Assembly (NCBI RefSeq): GCF_000737315.1
Contig: NZ_JMCB01000028.1
Span: 62,001-126,000 of the forward strand
Length of the DNA: 64,000 bases
From: Hyalangium minutum
Lineage (GTDB): Bacteria > Myxococcota > Myxococcia > Myxococcales > Myxococcaceae
Direction of reading: 5' to 3'
The notes under the pieces are model-generated. The model made no database searches. It was not told the origin of the DNA and worked only from the letters and a program-made list of their open reading frames with translations. The position numbers were made by a program, and so were the translations under genes. Within the stretch, counting starts at the first letter, position 1. The number at the start of each line of letters is the position of its first letter. Shown here piece after piece: positions 41,501 through 50,500 of the stretch.

Positions 41501-43451
41501 TCACCTCGGCCTGACCGCCCAGCTTGCCGTCCGTACCCACTTCCTTGGCGACGCGCGTCACTTCGGCGGCGAACGAGTTGAGCTGGTCCACCATCGTGTT
41601 GATGGTGTTCTTCAGCTCCAGCACCTCGCCCTTCACGTCCACGGTGATCTTCTTGGACAGGTCACCCTTGGCCACCGAGGTCGTCACCTCGGCGATGTTT
41701 CGCACCTGGGCGGTGAGGTTGTTCGCCATCAGGTTCACGTTGTCCGTGAGGTCCTTCCACGTCCCTGCGGCACCGGGCACCTGCGCCTGCGCACCCAGCT
41801 TGCCCTCGACACCCACCGTGCGGGCGACGCTGGTCACCTGCTGGGCGAAGACGTTCAGGGTGTCCGTCATGTTGTTCAGCGTGGCGCCCAGGGCCGCAAT
41901 CTCGCCCTGCGACGGCACCTGCAGCTTCTGGCTCAGGTCACCATTGGCGACGGCCGTCACCACCTTGACGATGCCGCGCACCTGGGTGGTGAGGTTGGAG
42001 GCCATGAAGTTCACGTTGTCCGTGAGGTCCTTCCACACACCGGACACGCCCTTCACCTCGGCCTGGCCACCCAGCTTGCCCTCGGTGCCCACTTCCTTGG
42101 CGACGCGGGTCACCTCGGCGGCGAAGCTGTTGAGCTGGTCCACCATCGTGTTGATGGTGTTCTTCAGCTCCAGCACCTCGCCCTTGGCGTCCACCGTGAT
42201 CTTCCGGGACAGGTCGCCCCGAGCTACCGCCGTGGAGACCTCCGCGATGTTTCGAACTTGCGTGGTGAGGTTGGAGGCCATGAAGTTCACGTTGTCCGTG
42301 AGGTCCTTCCACGTACCGGCAACGCCCTTCACATCGGCCTGGCCACCCAGCTTGCCGTCGCTGCCCACTTCCTTCGCGACGCGCGTCACTTCGGCGGCGA
42401 ACGAGTTCAGCTGATCCACCATCGTGTTGATGGTGTCCTTCAGCTGGAGCACCTCGCCCTTGGCGTCCACCGTGATCTTCTTGGACAGGTCACCCTTGGC
42501 CACCGCCGTGGACACCTCGGCGATGTTGCGCACCTGGGCCGTCAGGTTGCTGGCCATGATGTTCACGTTGTCCGTGAGGTCCTTCCACGTACCCGCGACA
42601 CCCTTCACATCGGCCTGGCCACCCAGCTTGCCGTCGCTGCCCACTTCCTTCGCGACGCGCGTCACTTCCGAGGCGAATGCGCGGAGCTGGTCCACCATCG
42701 TGTTCACGGTGGTACCGATGCGGAGGAACTCGCCCTTCACCGACTGGCCGTCGATCTCGAGGGCCATCTTCTGGGTCAGGTCGCCCTCGGCCACCGCCAC
42801 CAGCACGCGGGCCACTTCCGTGGTCGGCAGCACCAGGTCGCCGATCAGCGCGTTGATGGAGTTGACGCTGGTGGCCCAGCCCCCGCGCACGTCTCCGAGG
42901 TTGACGCGCTCACCCATGCGGCCCTCGCGGCCGACCACGCGCTCGACGCGGACCATCTCATCCGTGAAGGTGGCGTTGCGGCCCACCAGCGCGTTGAAGG
43001 CCTGGGCGATCTCGTCCAGCACCGGGTTGCCCGAGGCCTCCGGCAGCCGGACGCTGAAGTCACCGGACTCGGCGGACAGGAGGGCCGTCAGCAGCGGATA
43101 GAGCGGCTCGCCCGGCTTGACCCGCCGCGAAGCTCCCAGCTGGGTACCCCCGATGACGCCCCTGCCGTGGCCATCGCCGTTGCGCTTGGTGCCGTTGCCG
43201 TTGCGCTTGCCATGAGGGCTCGCGGCGGACTCGGCCGCCAGCTCAGCGACAGGCTTGTCCTCGGCCAGCCGGGCCCGGACCCGGTTGCCGGGCTTGGAAC
43301 CGGCCGGGGGAGTCTCGCCTCCAGCGGCGGGTTCCTTACGGCGGGCACCGCGCTTCTTGCCATCGGAGGGTGAGTTGTCGTTCGAGTCCAAGGAGATGAA
43401 CCTCAGCTGAAAATGAAAAAGACGCGCCTCCACGAAGGGGCGCGCGCTCAA
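35568..43451 (-). CDS. Giant poly-HAMP hybrid histidine kinase (NIK1/Os-1/OsaA-like): poly-HAMP, GAF, HisKA, HATPase, three REC
   Basis: 15 GKLG(G/A)QA 92-aa units plus one degenerate unit, [16 protein letters not shown], three receiver domains; true start may be TTG 43391. Confidence 0.93.
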   Translation of the reverse strand: MSARPFVEARLFHFQLRFISLDSNDNSPSDGKKRGARRKEPAAGGETPPAGSKPGNRVRARLAEDKPVAELAAESAASPHGKRNGNGTKRNGDGHGRGVIGGTQLGASRRVKPGEPLYPLLTALLSAESGDFSVRLPEASGNPVLDEIAQAFNALVGRNATFTDEMVRVERVVGREGRMGERVNLGDVRGGWATSVNSINALIGDLVLPTTEVARVLVAVAEGDLTQKMALEIDGQSVKGEFLRIGTTVNTMVDQLRAFASEVTRVAKEVGSDGKLGGQADVKGVAGTWKDLTDNVNIMASNLTAQVRNIAEVSTAVAKGDLSKKITVDAKGEVLQLKDTINTMVDQLNSFAAEVTRVAKEVGSDGKLGGQADVKGVAGTWKDLTDNVNFMASNLTTQVRNIAEVSTAVARGDLSRKITVDAKGEVLELKNTINTMVDQLNSFAAEVTRVAKEVGTEGKLGGQAEVKGVSGVWKDLTDNVNFMASNLTTQVRGIVKVVTAVANGDLSQKLQVPSQGEIAALGATLNNMTDTLNVFAQQVTSVARTVGVEGKLGAQAQVPGAAGTWKDLTDNVNLMANNLTAQVRNIAEVTTSVAKGDLSKKITVDVKGEVLELKNTINTMVDQLNSFAAEVTRVAKEVGTDGKLGGQAEVKGVAGTWKDLTDNVNFMASNLTTQVRNIALVTTAVAKGDLSKKISVDARGEVLELKNTINTMVDQLNSFAAEVTRVAREVGTHGKLGGQAEVKGVAGTWKDLTDNVNIMASNLTTQVRGIAKVVTAVANGDLTQRLKVDAKGEVAELADTINAMTETLSIFAQQVTDVARTVGVEGKLGAQAVVPGVAGTWKDLTNNVNLLANNLTDQVRNIAEVTTAVAKGDLSRKITVDAKGEVMELKNTINTMVDQLRAFASEVTRVAKEVGTEGKLGGQAVVPGVSGVWKDLTDNVNFMASNLTTQVRGIVKVVTAVANGDLSQKLIVEAKGEIAALADTINAMTQTLSIFAQQVTDVARTVGVEGKLGAQAEVPGVAGTWKDLTNNVNLLANNLTAQVRNIAEVSTAVANGDLSKKITVDAKGEVLQLKDTINTMVDQLRAFASEVTRVAKEVGTEGKLGGQAEVKGVSGVWKDLTDNVNALTGNLTDQVRNIAKVTTAVANGDLSQKITVSVKGEVLELKNTINTMVDQLRAFASEVTRVAKEVGTEGKLGGQADVKGVSGVWKDLTDNVNVLAGNLTDQVRNIAKVTTAVANGDLSQKISVEARGEILELKSTINTMVDQLRAFASEVTRVAKEVGTEGKLGGQAEVPGVAGTWKNLTDNVNSMASNLTAQVRNIALVTTAVANGDLSKKITVDVKGEILELKNTINTMVDQLNSFASEVTRVAKEVGTEGKLGGQAEVRGVSGTWKDLTDNVNSMARNLTTQVRGIVKVVTAVANGDLKQKLVVDAKGEVAALAETINNMTDTLGTFAEQVSTVAREVGVEGKLGGQARVPGVAGTWKDLTDNVNFMASNLTTQVRGIVKVVTAVANGDLGQKLVVDAKGEVAALAETINSMTDTLGTFAEQVTTVAREVGIEGKLGGQARVPGARGTWRQLTDNVNQLAGTLTSQLRAISDVATAVTKGDLTRSITVVAEGEVAALKDNINQMIYNLRETTQKNQEQDWLKTNLAKFSGMMQGQKNLEAVSRLIMSELTPLVGAHHGAFFLAEQEGPQPVLKLTSTYAYRERKNVANRFRLGEGLVGQCALEKKTILLTRVPADYITISSGLGESTPLNIIVLPVLFEGEVKAVIELASFHPFSAIHQIFLDQLTESIGVVLNMIMANMRTEELLQQSQSITQELQSKSKELTQQQDELKRTNVELEAQALELEEKAKQLKEQNTAVEEKNREVELARASLEEKAEQLTIISKYKSEFLANMSHELRTPLNSLLILAKLLSDNKDGNLSGKQVEYANTIYASGGDLLSLINEILDLSKVEAGKMQVEPRDILLTELNQFVDRSFRPVADQKNLTFTVELAPNTPRTIRTDPQRLQQILKNLLSNAFKFTDSGSVKMVVKPAEKNVRLDHEVLRKAKRVIAFAVTDTGIGIPKDKQKLIFEAFQQADGSTARKYGGTGLGLSISREIAKLLGGEIHVDSEPGKGSTFTLYMPPEYVGPEDEGSTPSSSKPPSTPSTPPMPLSPVSSGRSASPVVVRPASSESVRSEREELPPPMANFPTPPPVADNGHVLDAALPPPADMVLGPLAVEDDREHIREGDHVLLIIEDDLKFARIMAQMAREKGFKVLVASRGDSGLSMANEYLPHAITLDIQLPVVDGWSVLERLKRNPRTRHIPVHIISVMDKHQGNTQGAFGYLTKPVSKEGLELVFGQLARFLERKERRLLIVEDDDVQRDTLSKLLGEGDDVAVAAVPSGQEALRSLEKGEFDCLVIDLLLPDMDGVKLVEEVKTQQRFRDLPIVVYTGKELTSKDEARLKRYTGSVILKSGPKSPDQLLGDTALFLHRLDQNLPPRARQALAERDGNHNGDLAGRKVLVVDDDMRNIFALTSVLENHGLQVSFAENGRAAIESLKKQPDVDVVLMDIMMPEMDGYETMRAIRQDLRLSRLPIIAVTAKALKDDREKCMAAGASDYLPKPVDTDKLIELIRLWVNA
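38560..42960 (-). repeat. Intragenic 276-bp tandem repeat (92-aa poly-HAMP units)
   Basis: Recurrent GTTCACGTTGTCCGTGAGGTCCTTCCAC blocks at 276-bp period. Confidence 0.92.
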
Positions 43452-43593
43452 CTGCCCAGTACTAGAGGAGTTCCGAGAGTTGTCGACTGCTGAGCGGTGC
43501 CGCCCAGGTCAACGGTTCAGAACTCAACCTCATTCGATCGAGGGCCCATGCTCCGGGTGAACCCAAGGAGCCATGGGCTTGGGTAGTAACGCA

Positions 43594-44478
43594 TCAGGGC
43601 CTCGGAGCCGTGCACGGAAGTCCGTCGCAGCCCTGGACGTAGAGCGCCAGCCCGGAGAGCCGCCGTGCGGGCGTCCGGAAGCGGTGGGGCGCCTCAGCCC
43701 GCTCCCCCGTCCTGAGATCCAGCGTGAGCGCTTGCCCCTGTCCCGGCCCACAGGCGAGCAGGACGCGCTCAGGCGTGTCCAGCCACCAGAGGACCTCGAC
43801 CTGGCAGGGGGCCTCGGCGCGAAGGGGGGTGAGGGTGCGCGCCTCGTAGGCCACCACCCCGCCGCTCACCACCACGGCCGCCACAGCTCCGCCCGGGCCT
43901 ACGGTGAGTGCCCCCACTGCGGGCAGCCGAGCCTGCCCCAGCACCTCCCCCTGGGGGGAGATGGAGAGCAACTGGCCCTCGGCGTCCAGGGCGATCACCC
44001 CCGCTGCATGGCCGGCGAGGGCCACGGGGGCAAAGTCCCCCACGGGCAGGAGCTGATCCGCCTCCTGGCGCAGCAGGTGCTCGCCTGTCGCCACCCAGAG
44101 CCGCCCGTCACCATCGAAGGTGATGGCAGCGGCGCCGGGCGCGGCGAACACGGTGGCAGGGCCCTCCTTGCGGCACAGGGCCACGGCGCGAGCCCCAAAC
44201 GTCGCCGCCCGTGAGGCATCAGGCGCCACGGCCCAGCCCAGCCGGGGGCCCTGGAGCGCCCCCGTGAGACAGTGGTTGAGCGCACCGAAGTGGGGATCCG
44301 TGGTGGGCGAGGAGACGAGGTACGGCAGGCTCGTGGTGGCCACTGCGACGAGGAGGCCGAGGGCTGCGGCGGTGATGAGCGAGAGCGCCCACGAGCGGGG
44401 GGCCAGCGCGCGGGCGAGCCGGCCCCGGAAGCGGAGTCCCCTCCTGCCGGTCGTCAGGATGCCGTCGCGGTCGCGCAA
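43594..44478 (-). CDS. Membrane-anchored hypothetical protein with partial beta-propeller character
   Basis: N-terminal TM (LITAAALGLLVAVA), FDGDGRLWVAT-type blades; start uncertain. Confidence 0.6.
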   Translation of the reverse strand: MRDRDGILTTGRRGLRFRGRLARALAPRSWALSLITAAALGLLVAVATTSLPYLVSSPTTDPHFGALNHCLTGALQGPRLGWAVAPDASRAATFGARAVALCRKEGPATVFAAPGAAAITFDGDGRLWVATGEHLLRQEADQLLPVGDFAPVALAGHAAGVIALDAEGQLLSISPQGEVLGQARLPAVGALTVGPGGAVAAVVVSGGVVAYEARTLTPLRAEAPCQVEVLWWLDTPERVLLACGPGQGQALTLDLRTGERAEAPHRFRTPARRLSGLALYVQGCDGLPCTAPRP

Positions 44479-44567
44479 GGTCAGACCTTGTTATCGAACC
44501 TGGCCCCCTTTCGCACCTCCCCCCGGCCACACGAGGATTGGCCCCAGCCATGCACTGAAGCCTGGGC

Positions 44568-44969
44568 ATGGGTCTCTGGAGGCACATCCGGCGGTTTCTG
44601 TGGGTGGCGGGCATCACCTGCGTGTTGCTGCTGGCCACGGTGGAGTGTCTCTACCGGGCCGCACTCACGCGGCTCCCGCTGCTGCCCTCCAGCGTGAGCG
44701 GAATGGCCGTGCCCACGGTGCTGATGCGTGCCACGTGGGAGGAGGAGGGCCCGGCGGTGCTCCGGGTCCGGAGCCTGATGCCGTGGACGCTGCTCAAGGT
44801 ACTGACGGCGGTGCTCCGCGCGCGCAAGCGGCCCACGTCCTCGCTCGAGGGCTTCGCGCTGGCGAACCACTCGGCCCGCCGCTGGCTCCACCTGCTGGAC
44901 GCCCAGGCCCCGCGGCGCTACCCGGGCTTCGAGATGCTCCTGCCGGGCCGTGAGGTGCTGCGGGCCTGA
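44568..44969 (+). CDS. Hypothetical membrane-anchored protein, possibly a truncated transglycosylase-domain gene
   Basis: N-terminal TM; resembles, from recall, the N-half of myxobacterial transglycosylase-domain proteins; abrupt end. Confidence 0.4.
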   Translation: MGLWRHIRRFLWVAGITCVLLLATVECLYRAALTRLPLLPSSVSGMAVPTVLMRATWEEEGPAVLRVRSLMPWTLLKVLTAVLRARKRPTSSLEGFALANHSARRWLHLLDAQAPRRYPGFEMLLPGREVLRA

Positions 44970-44977
44970 GGAGCGAC

Positions 44978-45202
44978 TCAGGGCTTGCGCGGCTTGGACG
45001 ACTCGGACTTCTGCTGGAGCCGCTCGGAGAAGCGGCTCTTGCCCGTGGGAGGCAGCACCTCCGCCGCGATGCGCTCCCGCTTCGCCTGCGCCAGGGGGCT
45101 GGCCGGATCTCCCTCTTGCGCCTCCTTCTCGTAGCGATCCTGGCCACTGAGGACGCGGCCCACGGCCTGAGATCGAATGGTGCGGCGGTTCGTATCCACC
45201 AT
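44978..45202 (-). CDS. Small hypothetical protein (74 aa)
   Basis: ATG start, high-GC3 codon usage, fills the space between genes. Confidence 0.5.
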   Translation of the reverse strand: MVDTNRRTIRSQAVGRVLSGQDRYEKEAQEGDPASPLAQAKRERIAAEVLPPTGKSRFSERLQQKSESSKPRKP

Positions 45203-45388
45203 GGTGCGGTGCGGACCTCCGAAGAAGAGGGCCCTCTTCTACCGCGAATGGCACGGCCGCGCCTGCAACGGAGGAAGCAGGCCGTCCCCTCCTGAACGGG
45301 ATGCTGGGACTGCGGTCCAGGGCTCTGGCGGCCGCGATCCCGATCCGCCACCCTTCTCCCCCAAGCCGCTTTTTTTGTGTCTATCGCT

Positions 45389-45417
45389 TTGACCCCAATG
45401 GAAAAATGCGCTACTTA
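45389..45417 (+). promoter_or_regulatory. Putative sigma70 promoter of the prenyltransferase fusion gene
   Basis: TTGACC-17 nt-TACTTA preceded by a T-tract. Confidence 0.5.
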
Positions 45418-45538
45418 TCGAATCCATCAAGGCGCACTGCGGCTCATGGAGACCTCAGCACGCCCAGACGCGGTGGGGGGTAGCGAAACGAGAGCACCCG
45501 CACACGTTCGGGGCACGGTTTTCTAGAGAGGGAGCGCA

Positions 45539-47368
45539 ATGAAGAAGGTCTTGGGACATTTGGAGGAGCAGCAACAGGGCTTCGCGGTTTCTCCCTTCGT
45601 GACCTTCTTGATGGACCCGTGTTTCGCGCCGCAAGACCGGCTCCGGTTCTTGCCGTGTGTGGCGCCGCTGATGATGGGCTCCTCGGAGCTGGCCAGCAGC
45701 CTTCAGGGCGAGGACAACCCCGTGGAGACGGGGACGACGCCTCCCGAGAGCCCGTACTGGGCGCCGTTCCTGAAGGATCTGCAGCTGCTGGATCTGCACG
45801 CGTTCTCCGACTTCAACTCGATGCTGCAGTTGCTGTGGGGCGAGAACTGCGCCCCGGTGCGCGAGGTGCTCTACGACTTCATCGCGCTGGCGCGCTCGGC
45901 CACCCCGCTGCGGCGGCAGATCCTTCTCATGGCGCTGCAGTCGGTGGGCCAGGTGGCCTTGATTGCGATGGAGCAGGTGGCGCGCGAGCTGGAGGCCAGC
46001 ACCCGCAAGCACCTGAGGACCGTCGACTCGCTGCGCGGCCAGGTGCAGATGCGGCTGCTGGGCGAGGAGCTCCTCGGCGTGGAGATGACCGCCGAGGAGG
46101 AGCAGCAGGCCCTCCGCGACGTCAACCAGGTGTTCTCGCTGGTGGATGAGCTGACCGACTACCTGCTGGAGCACGTGCAGGAGTGGTTCGCCGGCCAGCA
46201 GAAGCCCTCGCGGCAGGCCATCATGGCCGAGCAGATCGCCAAGATGAGCTTCCGGGACTTCGGCAACACGCGCATCGCCTCGCTGTGCAAGTCGGCCGGC
46301 TTCACCTCGGCGGATACCCAGAAGGTGCAGCAGTACTTCACCTTCATGACGGACTCGTGGAGCTCGCGGCTGGTGGGCGAGCACTCTCCTTGGAAGTCCG
46401 ACATCTCGGACGACCACACCCCCTTCGAGCTCTCCATCGCACTGGAGGGCAGCCGCCCCGAGATTCGCTTCCTCATCGAGGCGCAGAACCACCCCACCAC
46501 CCTGCAGACCAGCTGGGATGACGGGCTGGCGCTCAACGAGCGGCTCAACAAGGAGTTCGGCCTCTCGCTGGACCACTTCAACAAGGTGAAGGACCTGTTC
46601 GAGCCGCACAACCCCCAGGCGCGCTTCTCCCTGTGGCACGCCTTCTGCCTCAAGCCGGACCGGGGCGCGGAGATCAAGGTCTACCTCAACCCGCAGGCGC
46701 GCGGCCCCGAGCACGCCAACGCGATTGTGGAGGAGGCGCTGTCTCGGCTGGGCTTCGCCCATGCGTGGCGCTTCCTGTCCCAGGTGGTGATGAAGCGCGG
46801 CGCCCAAGACCAGGTGCTCTACTTCTCCCTGGACATGGGCGGGCAGGCGGTCTCCCGCGTGAAGATTTACGTGGCGCACCGGGATGCGGCCCCCGAGGAC
46901 ATCGAGGCGGCCATGGCCCAGGCCAAGGAGTATGTGGCTGGCGAGGCGCGGGCCTTCTGCGAGGCCATCCAGGGCGATGACAACAAGTTCTCGGCGCCGC
47001 GCTCGACGCTGACGTGCTGGGCGTTCACCTCGGACGACGACGACAAGCCCTACAGCGCCACGCTGCACTGCCCCATCCGCTGCTACGCGGACAACGACCG
47101 GGATGCGCTGCGCCGCGTCCGCGCGGTGCTCGACCCCAAGAGCCACGCGGTGCTGGACCGGTGCGTGTGGGCACTGGCCAACCGGCCGCTGGAGGCCGGC
47201 GTGGGGCTGATTCAGTGGGCCTCCATGCGGCGCGAAGGTGGCCGGGTGCGCACCACCTTCTACCTGGCCACCGAGGCCTACGGCACCGTGGCGCCTCGCA
47301 AGTCCACCTCGCACCGCGTCCACGTGCCGGACCTGATGAACGCCGAGATCTTCCAGCTCAGCGCTTGA
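45539..47368 (+). CDS. Fusion: degenerate heme-oxygenase-like (AetD-like) domain plus tryptophan dimethylallyltransferase (ABBA/DMATS)
   Basis: C-half SDDHTPFELS, IRFLIE, IKVYLNP, LYFSLD, RVKIY, RTTFYLATEAY; N-half MKKVL...F...D...P.DRL..LPC.A...W..FL.DL.LL helical pattern. Confidence 0.82.
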   Translation: MKKVLGHLEEQQQGFAVSPFVTFLMDPCFAPQDRLRFLPCVAPLMMGSSELASSLQGEDNPVETGTTPPESPYWAPFLKDLQLLDLHAFSDFNSMLQLLWGENCAPVREVLYDFIALARSATPLRRQILLMALQSVGQVALIAMEQVARELEASTRKHLRTVDSLRGQVQMRLLGEELLGVEMTAEEEQQALRDVNQVFSLVDELTDYLLEHVQEWFAGQQKPSRQAIMAEQIAKMSFRDFGNTRIASLCKSAGFTSADTQKVQQYFTFMTDSWSSRLVGEHSPWKSDISDDHTPFELSIALEGSRPEIRFLIEAQNHPTTLQTSWDDGLALNERLNKEFGLSLDHFNKVKDLFEPHNPQARFSLWHAFCLKPDRGAEIKVYLNPQARGPEHANAIVEEALSRLGFAHAWRFLSQVVMKRGAQDQVLYFSLDMGGQAVSRVKIYVAHRDAAPEDIEAAMAQAKEYVAGEARAFCEAIQGDDNKFSAPRSTLTCWAFTSDDDDKPYSATLHCPIRCYADNDRDALRRVRAVLDPKSHAVLDRCVWALANRPLEAGVGLIQWASMRREGGRVRTTFYLATEAYGTVAPRKSTSHRVHVPDLMNAEIFQLSA

Positions 47369-47536
47369 ATGCTCGCCGGGAGCACCTCCTCGCGACGCCC
47401 ACCTGCCGGGTCGGTTCTCAGCATCTCATGATCTGAGAATCCGCCGCACCCGCGGGGGGCTATCGCGTTGTTCCGCTTTTGCGAGGATACTCAGCACGTA
47501 AGGCGCTCGCTCCCGGGCACAGGAGTCATCCCCTTC

Positions 47537-50500
47537 ATGCATATGTCCAGGTTCCCTCTGTCGGCGCTGCTCGCCGCTGTCTGCGCGCTGCTGACTGCCT
47601 GCGGTCAGACCTCCCCTGATACGTCCACTCCCGTCCATCAGGAGTTCGCCCTGCCAGGTTCGGACGGCGATCTGACGCTCTCGGACGGCTTCACCGTGGT
47701 GAATCAGTACGCCGTCCTCGCGGCGGACGCGAGCGCGGGTGCCAGCAGCATCCAGGTGACAGACATCACCCAACTGACGTCGCCCCGGTCGGGCCCGCTG
47801 GAGGGTGGAGATCTCGTCTTCATCATCCAGATGCAGGGCGCCACCATCGACACCTCGAACAGCCCCACGTACGGCGCCATCACCAGCCTCAACAGCGCGG
47901 GCTTCCATGAGTTCGCGGTGGTCCGCCGCGTGGAGGGCAACACCATCCACCTGGCCTGCGCTGGACTGCAGCACAGCTACGCCACCGCGGGCCGGACCCA
48001 GGTGGTGCGCGTGCCGCAGTTCAACAACCTCACCATCGAGAACGGCGCCTTCGTCCAGGCGCGGCCCTGGGACGGGCAGCGCGGCGGCGTCGTGGTGGTG
48101 CACGTCAACGGCGTCACCACGCTGGATGGAACCATCACCACCACCGGCCAGGGCTTCCGGGGAGGCGCCGTCGAGAACGCCTCGCGCACCGCTCCGGCGC
48201 AGGTCACCCTTTATCTCTCGGGCGATGCACGGGATGGCGCCGAGAAGGGCGAGAGCATCGCCGGCGATACCACCGTCTATGACGCCCTGGGCGGACGCTA
48301 TGGCCGCGGTGCCCCAGCCAACGGCGGCGGCGGCGGCAACAGCCACAACGCGGGCGGCGGCGGCGGCGCCAACGGCAACAACGGCCGGCCCTGGAGTGGC
48401 CAGGGCGTCATGAATGCCTCGGTGGCAGGGGCCTCCGCGTGGCAGCTCGATCCGGGCTACATCGCCAATGGCAACGCGCTGACGGACTCCTCCGGTGGCG
48501 GACGCGGCGGCTACAGCGCCGCCATCTCCAACCAGAACGCGCTCACCGTGGGTCCCAACAACGCCGCGTGGGGTGGCGACTACCGCGCGGAGGCCGGCGG
48601 CCTGGGAGGGCGGCCGCTCAACAATGACGTCACCTCTCGGCTGTTCCTCGGCGGTGGTGGCGGCGCGGGCGACGCGAACAACAGCGCGGCGAACCCCGGC
48701 GGCAACGGCGGCGGTCTCGTGTACCTCGTCTCGCCCACCGTGGTGGGCAGTGGAACCATCGAGGCCAACGGCGAAAACGCCGGCAGCACCCTGCCCGCGC
48801 ACAATGATGCGCCGGGCGGCGGCGGCGGTGGCGGCACCGTCGTGGTCCTCAGCGACGACCTGTCGAGCATTGCCGTGGAGGCCTTCGGTGGCCAGGGCGG
48901 CAACCAGCTCTCCATCACCACCGAGGCCGAGGGCCCCGGCGGCGGTGGTGGCGGCGGCTTCATCGCGGTGAGCGCGGGCGCTCCGCCGCTGTTCGCCCAC
49001 GGAGGACTGTCGGGAACCACCGGCTCGTCGTTGCTGACCGAGTTCCCTGCCAACGGCGCCACCTATGGGGCCAGTGGCCAAACGGTGCGCGTCCCCAACC
49101 CGGATCCGTCCTGGCTCACGTGCGCGCCGCTGGATCTCGCGGTGACGATCACCGACGGGCAAACCACCACCCTTCCGGGAGCCACCGTCACCTATACGGT
49201 GACCGTCACCAACGGCGGCCCCTCGAACGCGACGAATGCTCCTGTCTCCGTGCCGCTGCCCACCCAGGCCTCGGGCGGCAGCTGGACGTGCGCGGGCGCT
49301 GGAGGCGCCACCTGTCAGGCGGCCAGTGGCACCGGGGGCATCTCGACGAACGTCTCCGTCCCCGTCGGCGGCACGGTGACCTTCACCTTCACCGTCAACG
49401 TGAGCCTCTCCGCCACCGGCACGCTCGTGGCGACGGCCACCGTCTCCGAACCGGCCACGCTGACGGATGCCAACCTCGCGAACAACACCGCTACCGACAC
49501 GGACACGATCCTCCCCGTGGCGGATCTCTCGGTGACCCTGACGGACTCGGCGGATCCTTCTCCGGAGCGGAGCCCGGTCGTCTACACCGTCCAGGTGGGC
49601 AACGGCGGCCCCAACACCGCCAACTCCGTCACTGTCACGTTCCCGGTCCCGGCCAGCACCACCTTCACCAGCGCGACGGGCGCGGGGTGGAGCTGCTCGC
49701 AGGCCGCGGGCACGGTCACCTGCACCCTTCCGACCCTGGCACCGGGCAACGCCCCGGCCATCGCCATCACCGTGCAGCCCACCATCACCAGCGGGACGAT
49801 CAACGCCTCGGTCTCCGTGAGCTCGCCGACGATCGATCAGGTCCAGGCCAACAACTCCGACACGGAGACCACGGCGATCGTCGCGGTGAACGATGCCCCC
49901 GTGAACACCGTTCCCGGGCCCCAGACCACGGCCGAGGACACCTCGCTCGTCTTCTCCTCCGCGAGGGGCAATGCGCTCTCCATCTTCGACGAGGATGCGG
50001 GCAGCCAGCCCGTCAAGGTGACCCTCACCGTGACGCACGGCACCCTCACCCTGGGCAGCACCGTGGGGCTGAGCTTCTCGGCGGGCGATGGCTCGGTGGA
50101 CGCGACGATGACCTTCACGGGCTCACAGGCCGATATCAACGCCGCGATCGCGAGCGTCACCTACGCTCCGGACGCCAACTACTACGGCAGCGCCACCCTC
50201 ACGATCACCACGGACGACCAGGGCAACACCGGTAGCGGCGGACCGAAGAGTGACACGGACACCGTGGCCATCACCGTCACCCCAGTGAACGATCCGCCCA
50301 CCGCCGTGGATGACGCGGTCACGATGACGACCATTACGACGGCACGGCCCATCGACGTGCTGGCCAATGACTCGGCGGCGCCTGACGACGGAGAGACCCT
50401 CACGGTCATCACCGTGACGCAGGGCAGCCGGGGTGGCACTGTGACCATCATCGAAGGGGGCGCTCGCGTCACCTACCAGCACACGCCCAACTTCAGCGGC

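Noticed and set aside
38560-42960. 276-bp periodic repeats as a possible CRISPR or mobile repeat
   Set aside because: Entirely explained by the poly-HAMP coding units
37110-43373. 2087-aa plus-strand ORF antisense to the poly-HAMP kinase
   Set aside because: Shadow ORF from high GC3 and the repeats of the real gene; composition rich in H/L/G/V/R with no domain motifs
45539-47368. A multi-gene biosynthetic cluster around the prenyltransferase
   Set aside because: Flanking genes (small hypotheticals, adhesin) have no biosynthetic motifs; only the single gene is supported
47426-50038. 870-aa minus-strand ORF opposite the adhesin
   Set aside because: Antisense shadow of a Gly/Thr-rich gene
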